Source of the DNA: an uncultured Nitrososphaerota archaeon
GTDB taxonomy: Archaea > Korarchaeota > Korarchaeia > Korarchaeales > Korarchaeaceae
DNA length: 32,000 nt
Assembly: GCA_964480775.1 (NCBI GenBank)
Contig: CAYZRF010000012.1
Location: 1 to 32,000 of the forward strand
Direction of reading: 5' to 3'
The notes under the pieces were generated by a model that ran no database searches, was not told the origin of the DNA, and worked only from the letters and a program-made list of their open reading frames with translations. This document shows, one piece after another, positions 31,744-32,000 of the stretch (its first letter is position 1; the number at the start of each line of letters is the position of its first letter). The translations under genes were made by a program, and so were the position numbers.

Positions 31744-32000
31744 CTTTCATTCCTCTTGAGGGGATTTGGTCCTAAGGCTTTGATCTGTTCTGTAAATTCT
31801 CTAACCACTCTAGCGAACTTCGCTCCTTCAGACGTGCTGATGAATTCAAATCTAATCCTTTCGGGCTCTAGAGAGAGAGCCTTAATCGAATTCTTGATTA
31901 TAGCTATCCTTCTCCTGGCTTTCAAGTTACCATCCACGTAGTGACAATCTCCAGGATGACATGCTCCAATTAGCACCCCATCAGCTCCCTCTAGCAATGC
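31740..32000 (-). CDS. MvhD/FlpD-like (methyl-viologen-reducing hydrogenase delta subunit family) protein; N-terminus beyond the right window edge
   Basis: GADGVLIGACHPGDCHYVDGNLKARRRI is the MvhD/FlpD signature. The ORF-track start at 31997 is a TTG, and the frame remains open to the window edge. Confidence 0.8.
   Translation of the reverse strand, partial: ALLEGADGVLIGACHPGDCHYVDGNLKARRRIAIIKNSIKALSLEPERIRFEFISTSEGAKFARVVREFTEQIKALGPNPLKRNER

Noticed and set aside
1182-31941. Many 60-140 aa ORFs nested inside or antisense to long genes. Examples: 1182-1502, 1689-1991, 3812-4060, 5022-5396, 5409-5708, 6719-7126, 7375-7662, 8868-9119, 9402-9833, 10122-10373, 14082-14297, 15304-15495, 15606-15854, 16260-16514, 18044-18456, 23296-23502, 25298-25597, 25876-26142, 27455-28027, 28825-29067, 29578-30645 and 31681-31941.
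   Set aside because: Each overlaps a gene with strong family motifs. They lack start-site context and have biased, low-complexity composition. I saw nothing suggesting genuine overlapping genes.
1-32000. A search for CRISPR arrays, IS elements, transposases, integrases, tRNA or rRNA genes, toxin-antitoxin pairs and known defence-system signatures.
   Set aside because: I saw no spaced direct repeats, no large non-coding gap, no recombinase, nuclease or ATPase-type defence ORFs, and no cloverleaf-like sequence in the intergenic regions. The window looks like core chromosome rather than an accessory island.

Overview
The window reads as a densely packed chromosomal segment (about 34 genes, mostly short or overlapping junctions) from an anaerobic, probably thermophilic archaeon. 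Supporting this: a geranylgeranyl reductase for archaeal lipids, an ADP-forming acetyl-CoA synthetase alpha subunit, class III ribonucleotide reductase nrdD-nrdG, MvhD/HdrD-type redox modules, A/T-rich TATA-like boxes about 25-30 nt upstream of many starts, and frequent GTG/TTG starts with GGAGG/GGTGA Shine-Dalgarno-like sites.

Gene order, left to right:
- An MgtE-like cation transporter that runs off the left edge and is missing from the ORF track, with its PhoU/TrkA-C partner.
- YjbQ, a membrane-anchored TlpA-like redoxin, and nrdG-nrdD.
- A pyruvate-kinase-C-terminal-like protein and AcdA.
- A roughly 10 kb metabolic island: an HMGL/LeuA-like enzyme, two PreA/DPD-like FMN + Fe-S paralogs, a cyclase-family hydrolase, a DapA-family protein and a complete LivJHMGF-type ABC importer.
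- An orphan small basic protein, an EamA-like half transporter, and metG.
- Two uncharacterised membrane proteins, a geranylgeranyl reductase, an HxlR-type regulator, and an ArsB/NhaD-type permease.
- A five-gene soluble operon (MvhD / Fe-S / HdrD-like CCG / FrdB-like / FrdA-like) that runs off the right edge.

I found no rRNA, tRNA, CRISPR array, transposase, integrase or recognisable defence genes.

The most interesting items are:
- the anchor-less fumarate-reductase-like operon joined to Hdr/Mvh-type modules;
- the unassigned metabolic island, with duplicated DPD-like genes and an atypical DapA-family member;
- metG, whose HIGH-motif N-terminus is in frame but has no ATG/GTG/TTG start.

All family assignments come from reading motifs by eye, not from database searches.
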